64,000 bases of DNA, from assembly GCA_026025075.1 (NCBI GenBank), contig JAPEUI010000061.1, positions 1 to 64,000 on the forward strand. The letters are read 5' to 3'. The DNA comes from Vezdaea acicularis (taxonomy: Eukaryota). Every line of letters begins with the position of its first letter. Position 1 is the stretch's first letter. The notes under the pieces are model-generated. The model did not search any database. It saw nothing but the letters and a program-made list of their open reading frames with translations, and had not been told where the DNA came from. This document shows, in pieces, positions 38,763 to 49,201 of the stretch. The position numbers and the translations under genes are program-made.

Positions 38763-38960
38763 TATGGCGTTCTACAGTTTTGATTTTCGGTCCACAAGTA
38801 GAAAGGCTCTGGATGTGATGTATATGTTTTCATGAGTAAGAACAGATCGGATTTGCGTAGTGGGGCAAAACCGCAAATTTGCCAAGGATGTTTGCTTGCG
38901 ACTATCAGCGAAATTCTAAGGAGCTGCGACGACAACTTCCGGATATTCTACAAATTAGCT

Positions 38961-39477
38961 ATGTTTCCCACAATCGTAAGACGTGCTACAACCAAACCCG
39001 GATTTGATATCGCTACGAACCCTTACAAGGCCAAACGTGTATGGCCGCCTGATTTCGAAAAACTTCCCCCAAAGTACCAATTCCGGCTAGAGCGACGATA
39101 CCGGAGAAGAACGAAGTTGAAATGGGCTCGGCCGAGGTGGACTAAAGCTATAAAGCTGGCCCAGTCAGGTAGCGTTATGTGTGAGCGTGTGCCTGTGTCG
39201 ATGGCCGAAGCTGTCACTAACTTTCTACATTCAGTCATTCTCACGTATGGAATTTTGTTCATGGACTGGGGGACGGAGGAAACACCTTTCAAAGGGGTAT
39301 GTTCAACTCTTCAGCGCTTCGGTGGGCTACATTGTTGACAATAAGCAGATCAGAGACTGGGTGAAAGAGCAGAGAGACTCAATATGGACACGTCAACCAG
39401 AGGAAGAGCCGAGTGACTACTCTCCGACCGCATCCTCAGGTGCCTTGTCACCATCTTCCATGCGACCACCACGATGA
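38961..39477 (+). CDS. Small conserved fungal membrane protein, probably mitochondrial
   Basis: MFPTIVRR...NPYKAKRVWPPDF...QFRLERRYRRRTKLKWARPRW, hydrophobic VILTYGILFMDW; two introns with CTAAC/TTGAC branch points. Confidence 0.7.
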
Positions 39478-39940
39478 CCAGTCAAATTGAGCAGCTTTGC
39501 GCCTTCAATGCAAAAGATACAGAAAATGCGGTGAAGATTGTCATCTTCCATCTGCAACGAGGGCTTCTTTGTCTATTGTCTAGGACTGAATCTTGCGGAG
39601 ACCTCTAAGGTAGTCTATATATTGGAGAGGTGGCTTTCTGCCATAGGCTGCGATCGCTTGAACCAATCTGGGGCCTCCTAAGTACAGCAGCTCACGATCT
39701 TTCAAGATACGCAGCGAAAAGATGTCAAAAGCCTGAAGATCCTCCTCAAAGATTGCCTTGGAAAGGTCTAGTCTTTATAACCGTTTATATGACTGGATCT
39801 ATTCCACCAACGTCTCCGAAAGTCGTTAAGATTCTAAGAGAGCCTGCCAAGTAAATGCAGCAACTTTGAAATCTTCGCCCTTTGTATCTTTTCTTTAGCG
39901 CTCCCGGCTTCGGCCCACCAGCAGGGCGTATCTTTTGGTT

Positions 39941-40354
39941 TCACATCAGCTGGCAGCCATTCGGGGCTTCGGAACCAGTCCCAATAGTTGCACGACCAAC
40001 GCCCCCATAAGCGCCCCCAGTGTTGTAGATGTTGTCAAGGCTAAAGTGACCGCCGTGACCAAACAACTTCTTATTCTTATGTTGTTTGTCAGGTTTTGTC
40101 TTGTTGCAAACTTGTGTTGGCGGTTGAATGGCCTCGGTCTTGGGCTTTTTCGTATATGGCGGTGGAAGAGAGGAATTGCTCTGGCCGTGGTAATAACTAT
40201 TGTCGTAGGGCGGTGGACTCTCAGAACCATAGTCATCTCGGGAGCGAAGATAGGCGTGGATAGGAATCATTGGATTTGAAGAGCCACTAAAGCTACCTAA
40301 GCTCGCAGTCGAGGTTGAGGTAGTTGACTCAAAAGAAGCGGAAGAAGACATCAT
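39941..40354 (-). CDS. Hypothetical protein with two PPPY motifs and a C-terminal CaaX box (CQLM)
   Basis: 137-aa ORF with SPPPY and LPPPY, ending CQLM-stop. Confidence 0.55.
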   Translation of the reverse strand: MMSSSASFESTTSTSTASLGSFSGSSNPMIPIHAYLRSRDDYGSESPPPYDNSYYHGQSNSSLPPPYTKKPKTEAIQPPTQVCNKTKPDKQHKNKKLFGHGGHFSLDNIYNTGGAYGGVGRATIGTGSEAPNGCQLM

Positions 40355-41154
40355 CTATGATATCTAGGACTAAAAGGAATCTTTCAAGGGAAGGTCGGTG
40401 TAAAGGGGTAGAAAGTGCTAATCATTGATTAGCTGCTACTCAGACCCTAGTTCAACCTTTCAATATCAATCGCGAGTGCATCGTACCTGTAAGATCTGGA
40501 CCAGCAGAGGAATAAAGAGTGTGATCGTAGGCTTTTAATGAAAGTATTGAAAAGGTATTGCTGTTTATTAGGGCAGCCAGTGCACCAAGGAGAAGCCAAA
40601 GGGAATGCAGCGGCAACGAGAGTAGTTTTGCTTTGAAAGAAAGGTGAAGTGAGACTATGAGGTTCGGGTGAGACTTGACGGGAACGCGGCTCATAACGTA
40701 ACAAACCTCCACCTCGAGCGGGCTGCTGCATTAGAATGTCTAGAAATCCTAAACATAGCCTAGCGTCACTAAGCTTCTAGGTATAGGCCTAGGAGGCCTG
40801 ATATGGCGGGCCCATTAGATGGCTTCAACCATGCACAAGCATCTTGGGAGCACTTGTGCAGCAAGTGTTCTGGGACTAAACGTTAAATAATGATATTTAT
40901 GATACCTGGCACTGGGTAAGAAAGCGGTCCGCCCTACCCAAGCGATTTATCCAACCTCAGAACCGACGAAAATACACCGTCAATGCTGCCTTCCGTTCAA
41001 TCGGCTCCATGACCTGGATTGGATGATAACGCCCCAGTAATGACTTTCCACTACTCAGACCACATGGGTGGGTATAAAGAATGTGAGGTGTACACATAGC
41101 CAAGACCAATTGTTCCAATCAAATAACGAAACATATATCCCCTCATATATCCAC

Positions 41155-41877
41155 CTATTGCTGAGGAAGTGGTGGTGGGCGGCTTGGAGGGCTGGTCATA
41201 GGTGTCCTTTTGTAGCGATGACTACTCTTTGGTCTTTCAGGCTCAACAGTATTCTCCACCCGATCCACAACCACGTAATCTCCGTTAGTCGATTCGCTAG
41301 GAGTGAGTGGGAAATCGCCAGGGATAGGGGGTGCTTCATGAGTCGGCGGAGCAACGCTCTTCGCTGTGGCAGGTCGAGATCGAGCTTGCTCTAAGGGGTT
41401 CCGAGAGAGTGGGCTCGCCACGGGAGCTTGTTCCTTCTCGTCATCTTCAGATGGTGGGGCTGCAAATGGGTTGCCTAGCGGTGTCCGTCTGTGAGGGCTG
41501 TTCCTGCCACTATCTGGCGCCCTGAGGCTAGTTGTAGACTGTTTTTGTTTCAGAAGTTCTTCAGTCCTTCTCAATCGCGCTTCTAACGCTTCCAGCTCCT
41601 TGGTCTGCGTAGACACAGCCATCTTTCTGCGCAGATGTAAGCTCGCTTTCTACCAAATATGGGTCCATGAAATCATACTTTTGCTGCACGGTTTGAGACA
41701 GGTTGTCAATGGAGCTATCGATGTTAAATGCATCATTCAGAGCTGCGGAGAACGACCGGGCCATAGTCCTGAATAGCGAGTATTGTTAGTGGCGTCGTGA
41801 AGATACGATGCTAAAGGTACTTACGACTGTGGTCGGTTATTGGGCTTCCATTCCGCATCTAGTTCACTGTCTGACAT
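41155..41877 (-). CDS. Hypothetical coiled-coil/proline-rich protein
   Basis: Three exons: MSDSELDAEWKPNNRPQS, TMARSFSAALNDAF...QQK, KMAVSTQTKELEALEARL...RPPPLPQQ, joined by canonical introns. Confidence 0.75.
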
Positions 41878-42745
41878 GGTCGAAATTCGGATCGAATGGA
41901 TCTTGAACGTCGCGTTACTGCTCAATATGAGGTGTATGTATCCTGCGCATCTGACGGATGATGTCCACGACCTTATTGTAAGGCCGTCAGCACCCGCTAA
42001 AGCCAGGCTCCTGCGAATTAGAGCACCTTGTGACTCGGGTAACAGTAGCTGACTCGACCACGAGGCGCCTCTAGGTCTCTCACGTATCCGCCAATATAAT
42101 ACGAGACACAAGATGTTGAGTCTGGTAGGGTTGCTGTGGAGAGGTGGTGACTTGATATCCTTGATAGGCCTTAGTTAAGAGGGTGGATTTTGGGAATGCC
42201 GCGACTAGGGTTGGAGTTGAAGCCCTGGAGCTTCCCTGCCGAAAGCATTCAATGGCCTGTCAACGGCTAGCCGAGATGAACCCCTGGAGAGATCCTTGAT
42301 CCTTTCAAGCGTTGATGCTCCTTTCCCAAAGCGCATATGAATATCTGTCGGAGTTGGCATGAATTATGAACCACTCTTGTCATTGTTCGCCCCGTTGTCA
42401 TTGTTGCCGAGAAAAATGCATGATTGATGTGGTTATTGTGAATCTTGCCTTATCGTGTAAACAGAAAATCGACGGTCACGTGCATTTGTCCTGCCGAAAT
42501 GTGTTCTCCTCGCTGAAAATGAGAATTCGAAGAAATTATGACCTTGCGCTTGTTAGCCAATCAATGAGGAGGTTGCCAAAAATGTATCTTAGATGATGCC
42601 CCTTCATCTAGTCGATGGTGATACCGTTGTATCAACAGCATTCACTGGCTAGAGGGTGCTCCGGACACGTCTCACTCTGGCTCCCATTCGAGATTTCCTG
42701 ACACGCGCACCACCTCACAGCTTTCGTTCGGACAGGCTGCGGGGG

Positions 42746-45433
42746 ATGCCTGCGCTGACCTCATATACTCATCTCGAATCGCTGCTTCTGTTTCAGTCAC
42801 TTCAGAGCTATGGCACAGAGCCGGCGGCCTTCAACAAGATATCGGAGCGTCTCCAAAACAATGGTCTTATTCGTACATCGAAGGATTTTGACGTCGGTCG
42901 ACTCAATGCTGATGCTTTAAGAGATCTCTACCAAGGACTACTCAAACAGGAAGTTCAGCTTGAATCAGCCAGGATCGAAAACGGAATCGCCAATCGCCTT
43001 TACGAAGAAGGAGATGGCGGTCTCCCTGGATCCAAAAAACGAAAAGCTCCTAGCCCTTCGCAGCCTTCGACGCAAGAGCTGATGCATAATCCTAATTTCT
43101 TGCCGCAACTGGTAGCGCGGCTCTATGCCAGATACAGAGAATCCGTGATTAAGGAGATTTATGCAGACGAACGGAAGTACAAAAATCTACAGCGAGAGGT
43201 TCGCGAGATTGAGCAGGGTGAATGGGATGACAGTCAAGAAAGCCTACGCGAGGAACTGTTAATGCAGACCCCTAGACCTCACAATAGAGATCTGGGGCCT
43301 CAGCTTCATATCGCTGCCGGTCAGCAACAGAATACTCCCAATGTTGGCGATACAGTGCGGTCTCAATCAGGGTCTAAGGCCGGCGTCGCCTCAAACCAAA
43401 CCTATTCAGGGAGGGCTGCTAATTTCTCGAACCCCGAGTCTATTACTTCCCGTTCTCTCCCTGGGAATGAAACTGTCCCCTTAACCCAGGGATCGCGAAT
43501 ATCGACAGCACTTCGCGAAAGAACCGATGAAAAAGCATGGGATGATTTGAATGGCCGATCAACTTCAGGACTCGCAACAACATCGAGCCTCTCTCAGCAG
43601 TATCTAACAGGAGCATCCTTGTTGAGCCCTAACAGCTCTTCCTTGCGTGGTGTCCGGCGTTCCATCTCACCTGGACCGCAGCTCATCGGGCTTGGGTCTG
43701 CGTCCCTTCGAAGCCCCAAAAATGTGACACCAGCTCCTCCACCAAGTGGTTCGAGCTTTCCCTCTCAAATTGTTGGAGCTCCTGATTCCTCCAGCAACTT
43801 TCAGCTCTCTGAACCATCGAGACCAAATAATCTACCGCCCATTGTTGGTATAAGAGACGCGTTCCCATCAGCACCAAATACCATGGACCCTCTTTATCCT
43901 ACCGTCCTTAGAGGTCCTCACGTTCAAGGCACTACCCCTTCCCCTGCACAGCCTCAAAGCATACTGCCACAATCATTCATTCCAGTCTCTTCCACCACAG
44001 CTCATTCTCTGTATCCGTCGGCCTCTGCTGCTCAATCACCACTCAATACGCCTACTCCGAATCGGAAGCAGTACACTTCTATCCAGGTCCATCAGAATGA
44101 AGCTTTGACTCCAGAGAAACATGTGCCTTCCAACCCACCCTTACAATTCCACCAGCATACGAGTGGGCCTCTTTCTCGGATGTCAAGCCAGCCAAATCCT
44201 TTCACACCAAGCATGCTAAGTAGGAACACCCATAGGCCACCACCTTTGGACACATCCGCTACAAAGTGGAAACCATCTCCTAACTCTCGGCCAGAAGTAC
44301 TCCCTCCGCCCCCAATAGCAAGCCCTCTCAGCGATGGACAGTCGCCGATACGAGAATTTCCAACCACAGCTTCAAGGGCAACGGAAACAAAAACCCAGCA
44401 AGCTCAGTATGCCCGAGTTACAGCTGAGTCTGATTCTCACAAATCGAGGGGTATGCGAAGGGGGCGGCCAAGCTCCAGAGTTGGAAGGGGACGAGGACGG
44501 AGCGCTTCTACTTCGGTCACTGGCACATCCCTACGAGGCAGAAGCAGAAGTCAGTCAACTTATTCGAATATTGATGGCATATATGTAGACTACGACAATG
44601 CTGCTAAAAGAATCAAGAGGGAACAGCCCCAAAGTCCCTCCGGTTTCGACCTTGACGAAGGAGATGAGCCTGCGAAGCGAGCTCACAAGCGTAAGCGAAG
44701 TATTCGCGACACTCCAGAGATCTCTGATGCTCCTGAGTCATCTGGTCCAAGATTGATATTCAGCACGCGCAATTTCTCCCGAACAACTGCGACCATTCTC
44801 AATGATATTAGCGGGCATAGATTTGCTTCTATCTTCGCCAAGCCCCTAACGGAGAAGAATGCCCCGGGCTATAAGGAACTTATATACCGCCCTCAGGACC
44901 TCAAGTCGATCAAGTCAGCTATCACTGCTGGGGGAAGAGCTGTTGCTGCGTACGCCGGCTCATCAGCTACGCCGTCTGAGAGCTTCGATAGTCCTGGCCC
45001 GGGGGGCGCCACACCATCCAAGAACGCACCTGTATGGATGCCTCCAAACGTTGACATTGTACCCCCTAAAGGCATTGTCAACTCGTCGCAGCTGGAGAAG
45101 GAAGTCGTGCGCATGTTTGCGAACGCGATCATGTATAACGCCGATGAGAACAAAGGGTTTAGCTCTGCATTCAAAAATGACGAAGAGGAGGATGGGGAAG
45201 AAGATACTCTTCCAGCGCATTACGAGATGTCAGCGGGCGTTATTACAGAGACGCGAGAGATGTTCGAGGCTGTGGAGCAGATGATGGCTAATTGGCGTGC
45301 GGTGGAGGGCGTTTCAGGAAAGCCACAACTGGAGAGGGAAAGGCCAGGTCTTGATCTTGAGAGGTTTGATACTGAGGAACTTTTGGATGATGACGGAAAC
45401 GGGGGCCTTGCCAAGAGGAGAAGACGGGCTTAG
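42746..45433 (+). CDS. Bromodomain-containing protein (BRD8/Bdc1-like architecture)
   Basis: N-terminal YTHLESLLLFQSL...LYARYRE coiled coil; split C-terminal bromodomain HRFASIFAKPL..APGYKELIYRPQDLKSIK...EVVRMFANAIMYN. Confidence 0.8.
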   Translation: MPALTSYTHLESLLLFQSLQSYGTEPAAFNKISERLQNNGLIRTSKDFDVGRLNADALRDLYQGLLKQEVQLESARIENGIANRLYEEGDGGLPGSKKRKAPSPSQPSTQELMHNPNFLPQLVARLYARYRESVIKEIYADERKYKNLQREVREIEQGEWDDSQESLREELLMQTPRPHNRDLGPQLHIAAGQQQNTPNVGDTVRSQSGSKAGVASNQTYSGRAANFSNPESITSRSLPGNETVPLTQGSRISTALRERTDEKAWDDLNGRSTSGLATTSSLSQQYLTGASLLSPNSSSLRGVRRSISPGPQLIGLGSASLRSPKNVTPAPPPSGSSFPSQIVGAPDSSSNFQLSEPSRPNNLPPIVGIRDAFPSAPNTMDPLYPTVLRGPHVQGTTPSPAQPQSILPQSFIPVSSTTAHSLYPSASAAQSPLNTPTPNRKQYTSIQVHQNEALTPEKHVPSNPPLQFHQHTSGPLSRMSSQPNPFTPSMLSRNTHRPPPLDTSATKWKPSPNSRPEVLPPPPIASPLSDGQSPIREFPTTASRATETKTQQAQYARVTAESDSHKSRGMRRGRPSSRVGRGRGRSASTSVTGTSLRGRSRSQSTYSNIDGIYVDYDNAAKRIKREQPQSPSGFDLDEGDEPAKRAHKRKRSIRDTPEISDAPESSGPRLIFSTRNFSRTTATILNDISGHRFASIFAKPLTEKNAPGYKELIYRPQDLKSIKSAITAGGRAVAAYAGSSATPSESFDSPGPGGATPSKNAPVWMPPNVDIVPPKGIVNSSQLEKEVVRMFANAIMYNADENKGFSSAFKNDEEEDGEEDTLPAHYEMSAGVITETREMFEAVEQMMANWRAVEGVSGKPQLERERPGLDLERFDTEELLDDDGNGGLAKRRRRA

Positions 45434-45950
45434 CCTAAGTCCTTGTATGAGCGTCAAGTCCAAGATGAGTTCACTGTATAATACCATCATCCTAGTTAAC
45501 ACGCATTCCAGTGTGCCAATGTATCAGTGAACAGACAATAGGACACGGCATTCATGTCAACAAAGCTTTTGAACATATTGACCAACCGAGCCATTTCCCC
45601 ATACTTCAGATTTATCTATGCCATTTGCACCATTGAATTTAGATGGTGTTCCGCCGCACTACCAGAACGAAAGATCTGCACTAATTTTCAACGATGGCAA
45701 TTTCGAGGCACAGGAGGGATAGGCAGAATACTACAGGCTCCCCAACAGCGACTTTTCGACCCTAGCTTGGGAGATGGTTGGGAACTTTCGTGGGGGGCCG
45801 ATAAGACTTCCTACGGTTGAACAAAAGGAGAAGTGTAGACAGACAACGCAGAGAACATTTGAGCTGTGTATTATCCAATGGTATGCATTCTGAATCGCGG
45901 TGAGGATGAGCTTACTCACCCTTTTGGTATATATGTCTTCTTGTACCCCC

Positions 45951-47359
45951 TTAATTATCCCTTGTCAGCAACCCTACAAGATCAACTTGCTCCTCAGGAC
46001 TCTCCCAGACCAAACCATCGCCAGCGCCACAGCAGCCGTTCGAGGTATATGTAGAATTGCATGCGCACAGAAGTTCATCTTCCTCTCTTGAGGCTCTTCT
46101 ATCGAGTAAACTCTTTGAGAATTCAATGAAGCTCCCCACCATAGGATACCCGTTGCTAATGGATCCACAGCTGCCAACACAATTATCGTTTAGGCAGTTT
46201 GAAACGCCCTTTCTTCGCCTACCTTGTATGCAGCGGCAGTCTCGAGCGCGTTTGCCACCACCACAATATTTATCATCGAGACAGGGACCCATACGACATT
46301 GAGAAGTCCGCCTTCGCGCTGGCTCTTGTGCTGCGCAATCTTCGGGAAGGCTAGGAACAATACAGTCCAGACACGGTGGATCTGTGGGATCTGCAACAGC
46401 TTGACGCACTGGGGTACCCATCACGGTGCCTACTGCGGGCCTGAGGCTGTGATAGGCGTAAGGGCCCCCGCGCACCAGAGTTGTGGCCGTGAGAGCTGAC
46501 TTGGTCAACTCCTTGTAACGCCTCTGGGAGATCCCCGCGCAACTTACGATGTTGGTTCCTATTGAACAAAAGAGTGGCTTGACCGTCGATCATGATTTCT
46601 TTGTTGCCTGGGATTTGATAGAGACCTCTTTGCTGGAATAGGGCTGGCTTCGGCAGCCAAGGGCAGTCTGAAGAAGAATTTGTCAGCGAACAGCGATTGT
46701 TACGTCCCCTATCAGTCCGCAACCTCCAATAAACACTCGATGCGACTTACTGCCTAGTTTATAAGCTGTCAGCTTTTGTGCTAGAATTTCTTGAATTGAT
46801 GCTTACAATGCCGCCAGCAATGGAAGTACAAAGCCTCTGTACCTGGCCCTTCCATCATAGGGACGTCACTTGGCAGCGAGCTTGCCTGTATCATTTTGGG
46901 TGGCATTTGGGTAATGTCACAATGGAAGTGCATGTTTAGATCTTGACTGCCGTCGAAAGCGCAAACGTCATGAAGGGTCCTGAAGCCACCCATGGCCCAG
47001 AGGTATCGTCTCGTAGTCCTGTAAAGTAAAGTCAACGCTAACCTGATCCTCAGTTTCAAACCCACTGCGCAAAAGGTGGACTCGAGCTCTTTGACACGAG
47101 TAGTAGTATCTTGCGTGAAACCTCAGTGCCGGTACATTCAAGGATATCAGCTTACCAATTATCCCACCACGGCATAACATTGTCACCTAATTTGAAGTAT
47201 TCGTAAGTTCACATATAGAAGAATAGTGCTGACTACTACCATACAATCAATCGATCTAATACCCCCGAAAAATTCATGGTCTCTGCTCACGCACTGGCCT
47301 CCTAGTACGAGCTTTAGGCTAGCTAGAAGGGAGAACGCGAGGATGGATTTCCTCTGCAT
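45951..47359 (-). CDS. Secreted cysteine-rich protein (family member D), ~6 exons including a 3-nt microexon
   Basis: ATG 47359 MQRKSILAFSLLASLKLVLG signal peptide; spliced model ...IDCDNVMPWWDNWTTRRY...FRTLHDVCA...NMHFHC...HCWRHCNCPW...; last exon ends CACNSTYTSNGCCGAGDGLVWE. Confidence 0.72.
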
Positions 47360-47702
47360 CACTTCAAAATGTCTCTAAACAGAATCCACAGGGTCAAGAA
47401 ATTGTCCTGTATAAAGTAGACTTAAGAAGCGAAGGACCAAAGGAATAGTATATGACATAATAGAACATCATATAAGCTTCAGAGCTCCACTTGATAAGGA
47501 AATCAACAGACTTTGCGATGTTTTGTGCTGCGCTCAGGTCACAGTGAAGTCTGTGAAGGAGGCGATAAAGTTTGTTTAAGCGCGGCCACGACAGCTCAGG
47601 CTTTACAGCGACAATCGCCGAAAAACCCAAAATGCTATTTCTAAAGTTCTTAAGGTCGGTATCGTAGATTAAGTGAGTTCGGCAATAATTCAAGTGTCCG
47701 CC

Positions 47703-48973
47703 CACGCGAGTAGCAAAAAAGTTGTCACACCAAAATTTTGCCGAGCGCGATCTGCCCTCAACGAATAGATATGTAGACATTAGATACAGATGATTAGAAG
47801 CCCGAGTGCTTGCCCTGGCTATCAAGTACCGCGTGAATTCTCTCAGGCATGCTGAGTACTAGTGAATTAATTTTCTCCTGTGGTACCTTCTCTCTCCAAG
47901 CTTCCAGTATCATCTCTTTTGTGGTGACTTCATCCCAATGTGGTACGATAGATAGGTGTTGTTTGACGGCCTGCCAGCAGTTTTCAATGATTGATAGATC
48001 TGGAGACTTAGGACAGTTGTAGTAGCTCCTTAATCCATGTTCCTGCTTCCATCTTTGAACTCTGTTGTTATTAGTCCTCCCACCATGCCCACTATCATTA
48101 TCTTCTTCCAAAATGAACTGTTCACTAGCTTCTAAGCAAGGCCGTACATATAGACCCAGTATATCATCAACGTAGACTTGCTGTGTCATCTTTCCATTGG
48201 TATTTCCAGGTACATTATAGAATATCAGCTCACTCTTATAATTCCATCCAACCATTGCCCAGCAGTGATACCTCTTCTGTTCTTTATCCTTCTGTACCTT
48301 TGGCTCATTGCGCTCTTGTATACAATCTGTACAGTATCTTTCTCCTGGCTTTCGAATAACTTGAAGCTTTCTCTGGGGTCCAAAGCCAAAATGTACCTCA
48401 TTAGAGAACTGTACCTGCTTCCAATCCTCAAGATTCCATCTATTATATATATCCTTTGCCCAATTCAATCTCTTCATAGCTAATTGTGATGAAATCCAAC
48501 TCTTTGAACATGCTATACACTTATGATAATCCATATCTTGCATGGTACGTCGGATTGTATACCAAGAGACATGTACTAAACCAGCTTTTTCTCCAAGCTC
48601 TTTCCATGTTAACGCTCTACTATCAACACCTCCTTGCTGAATTATCTCCTCCAGTTTGGCTAGATCTTCTTTAGTCAATGCTTTCTTCCTGCCTCTGGTC
48701 TCTGGGTTGCCTGGTTGATTGTGGCGTCGTCAAGGCTCGCTATTGATGACTCGATAGCCTGTATGGCGATGAACGCGAAAATAGCGAAAAACATCTTCCC
48801 TGCAGTACTGTATGCCCTTAGTATCATTAAACTCACATACAGCTTGTACTTTTGCTTTATTAGGTGTCCGGTATTCGCACCCATATTCGTGGAGCTCGAG
48901 TGCAGGTGGCGGCGTATTCATCATTGAGGTATGTCGAATTCTTTGGTGTGACAACTTTTTTGCTACTCGCGTG
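47703..48973 (-). mobile_element. Tc1/IS630-like DNA transposon, 1271 bp, with 32-bp TIRs and flanking 5-bp CCGCC direct repeats
   Basis: TIR CACGCGAGTAGCAAAAAAGTTGTCACACCAAA at 47703-47734 and its exact inverse at 48942-48973; CCGCC at 47698-47702 and 48974-48978; internal transposase reading frame. Confidence 0.93.
47794..48924 (-). pseudogene. Inactivated Tc1-like DDE transposase
   Basis: MMNTPP...INSEP*RRHNQ...RGRKKALT (in-frame TGA at 48730-48732); WKQVQFSNEVHF (catalytic D apparently changed to N), LEEDNDSGH, SPDLSIIENCW, SMPERIHAV. Confidence 0.88.
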
Positions 48974-49201
48974 CCGCCGTGTCCGCATAGTTGGTCGATT
49001 GCACAAGCTCGCTTCTTTCGACCTACAAGCAGCTCGCCATGCATTGTTTACCCTTGTCTTCTCAGATCTCAACCTCGGAAGTCCCACCAGTCAAATCTGA
49101 CTATCAACCCCCACAATATCATCTGTAAGATTCGCAACATGATTTGCTTAGCTTGATCAATAGCATACTGACATTGACCAGGCATAATTGGGCACGCCGT
49201 T

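Noticed and set aside
47360..47425. U3 snoRNA-like 5' sequence on the minus strand (TACTTT...AGGACAATTTCT)
   Set aside because: Poor box A match, no B/C/D boxes found, and the region is better explained as the 5' flank of the secreted gene starting at 47359.
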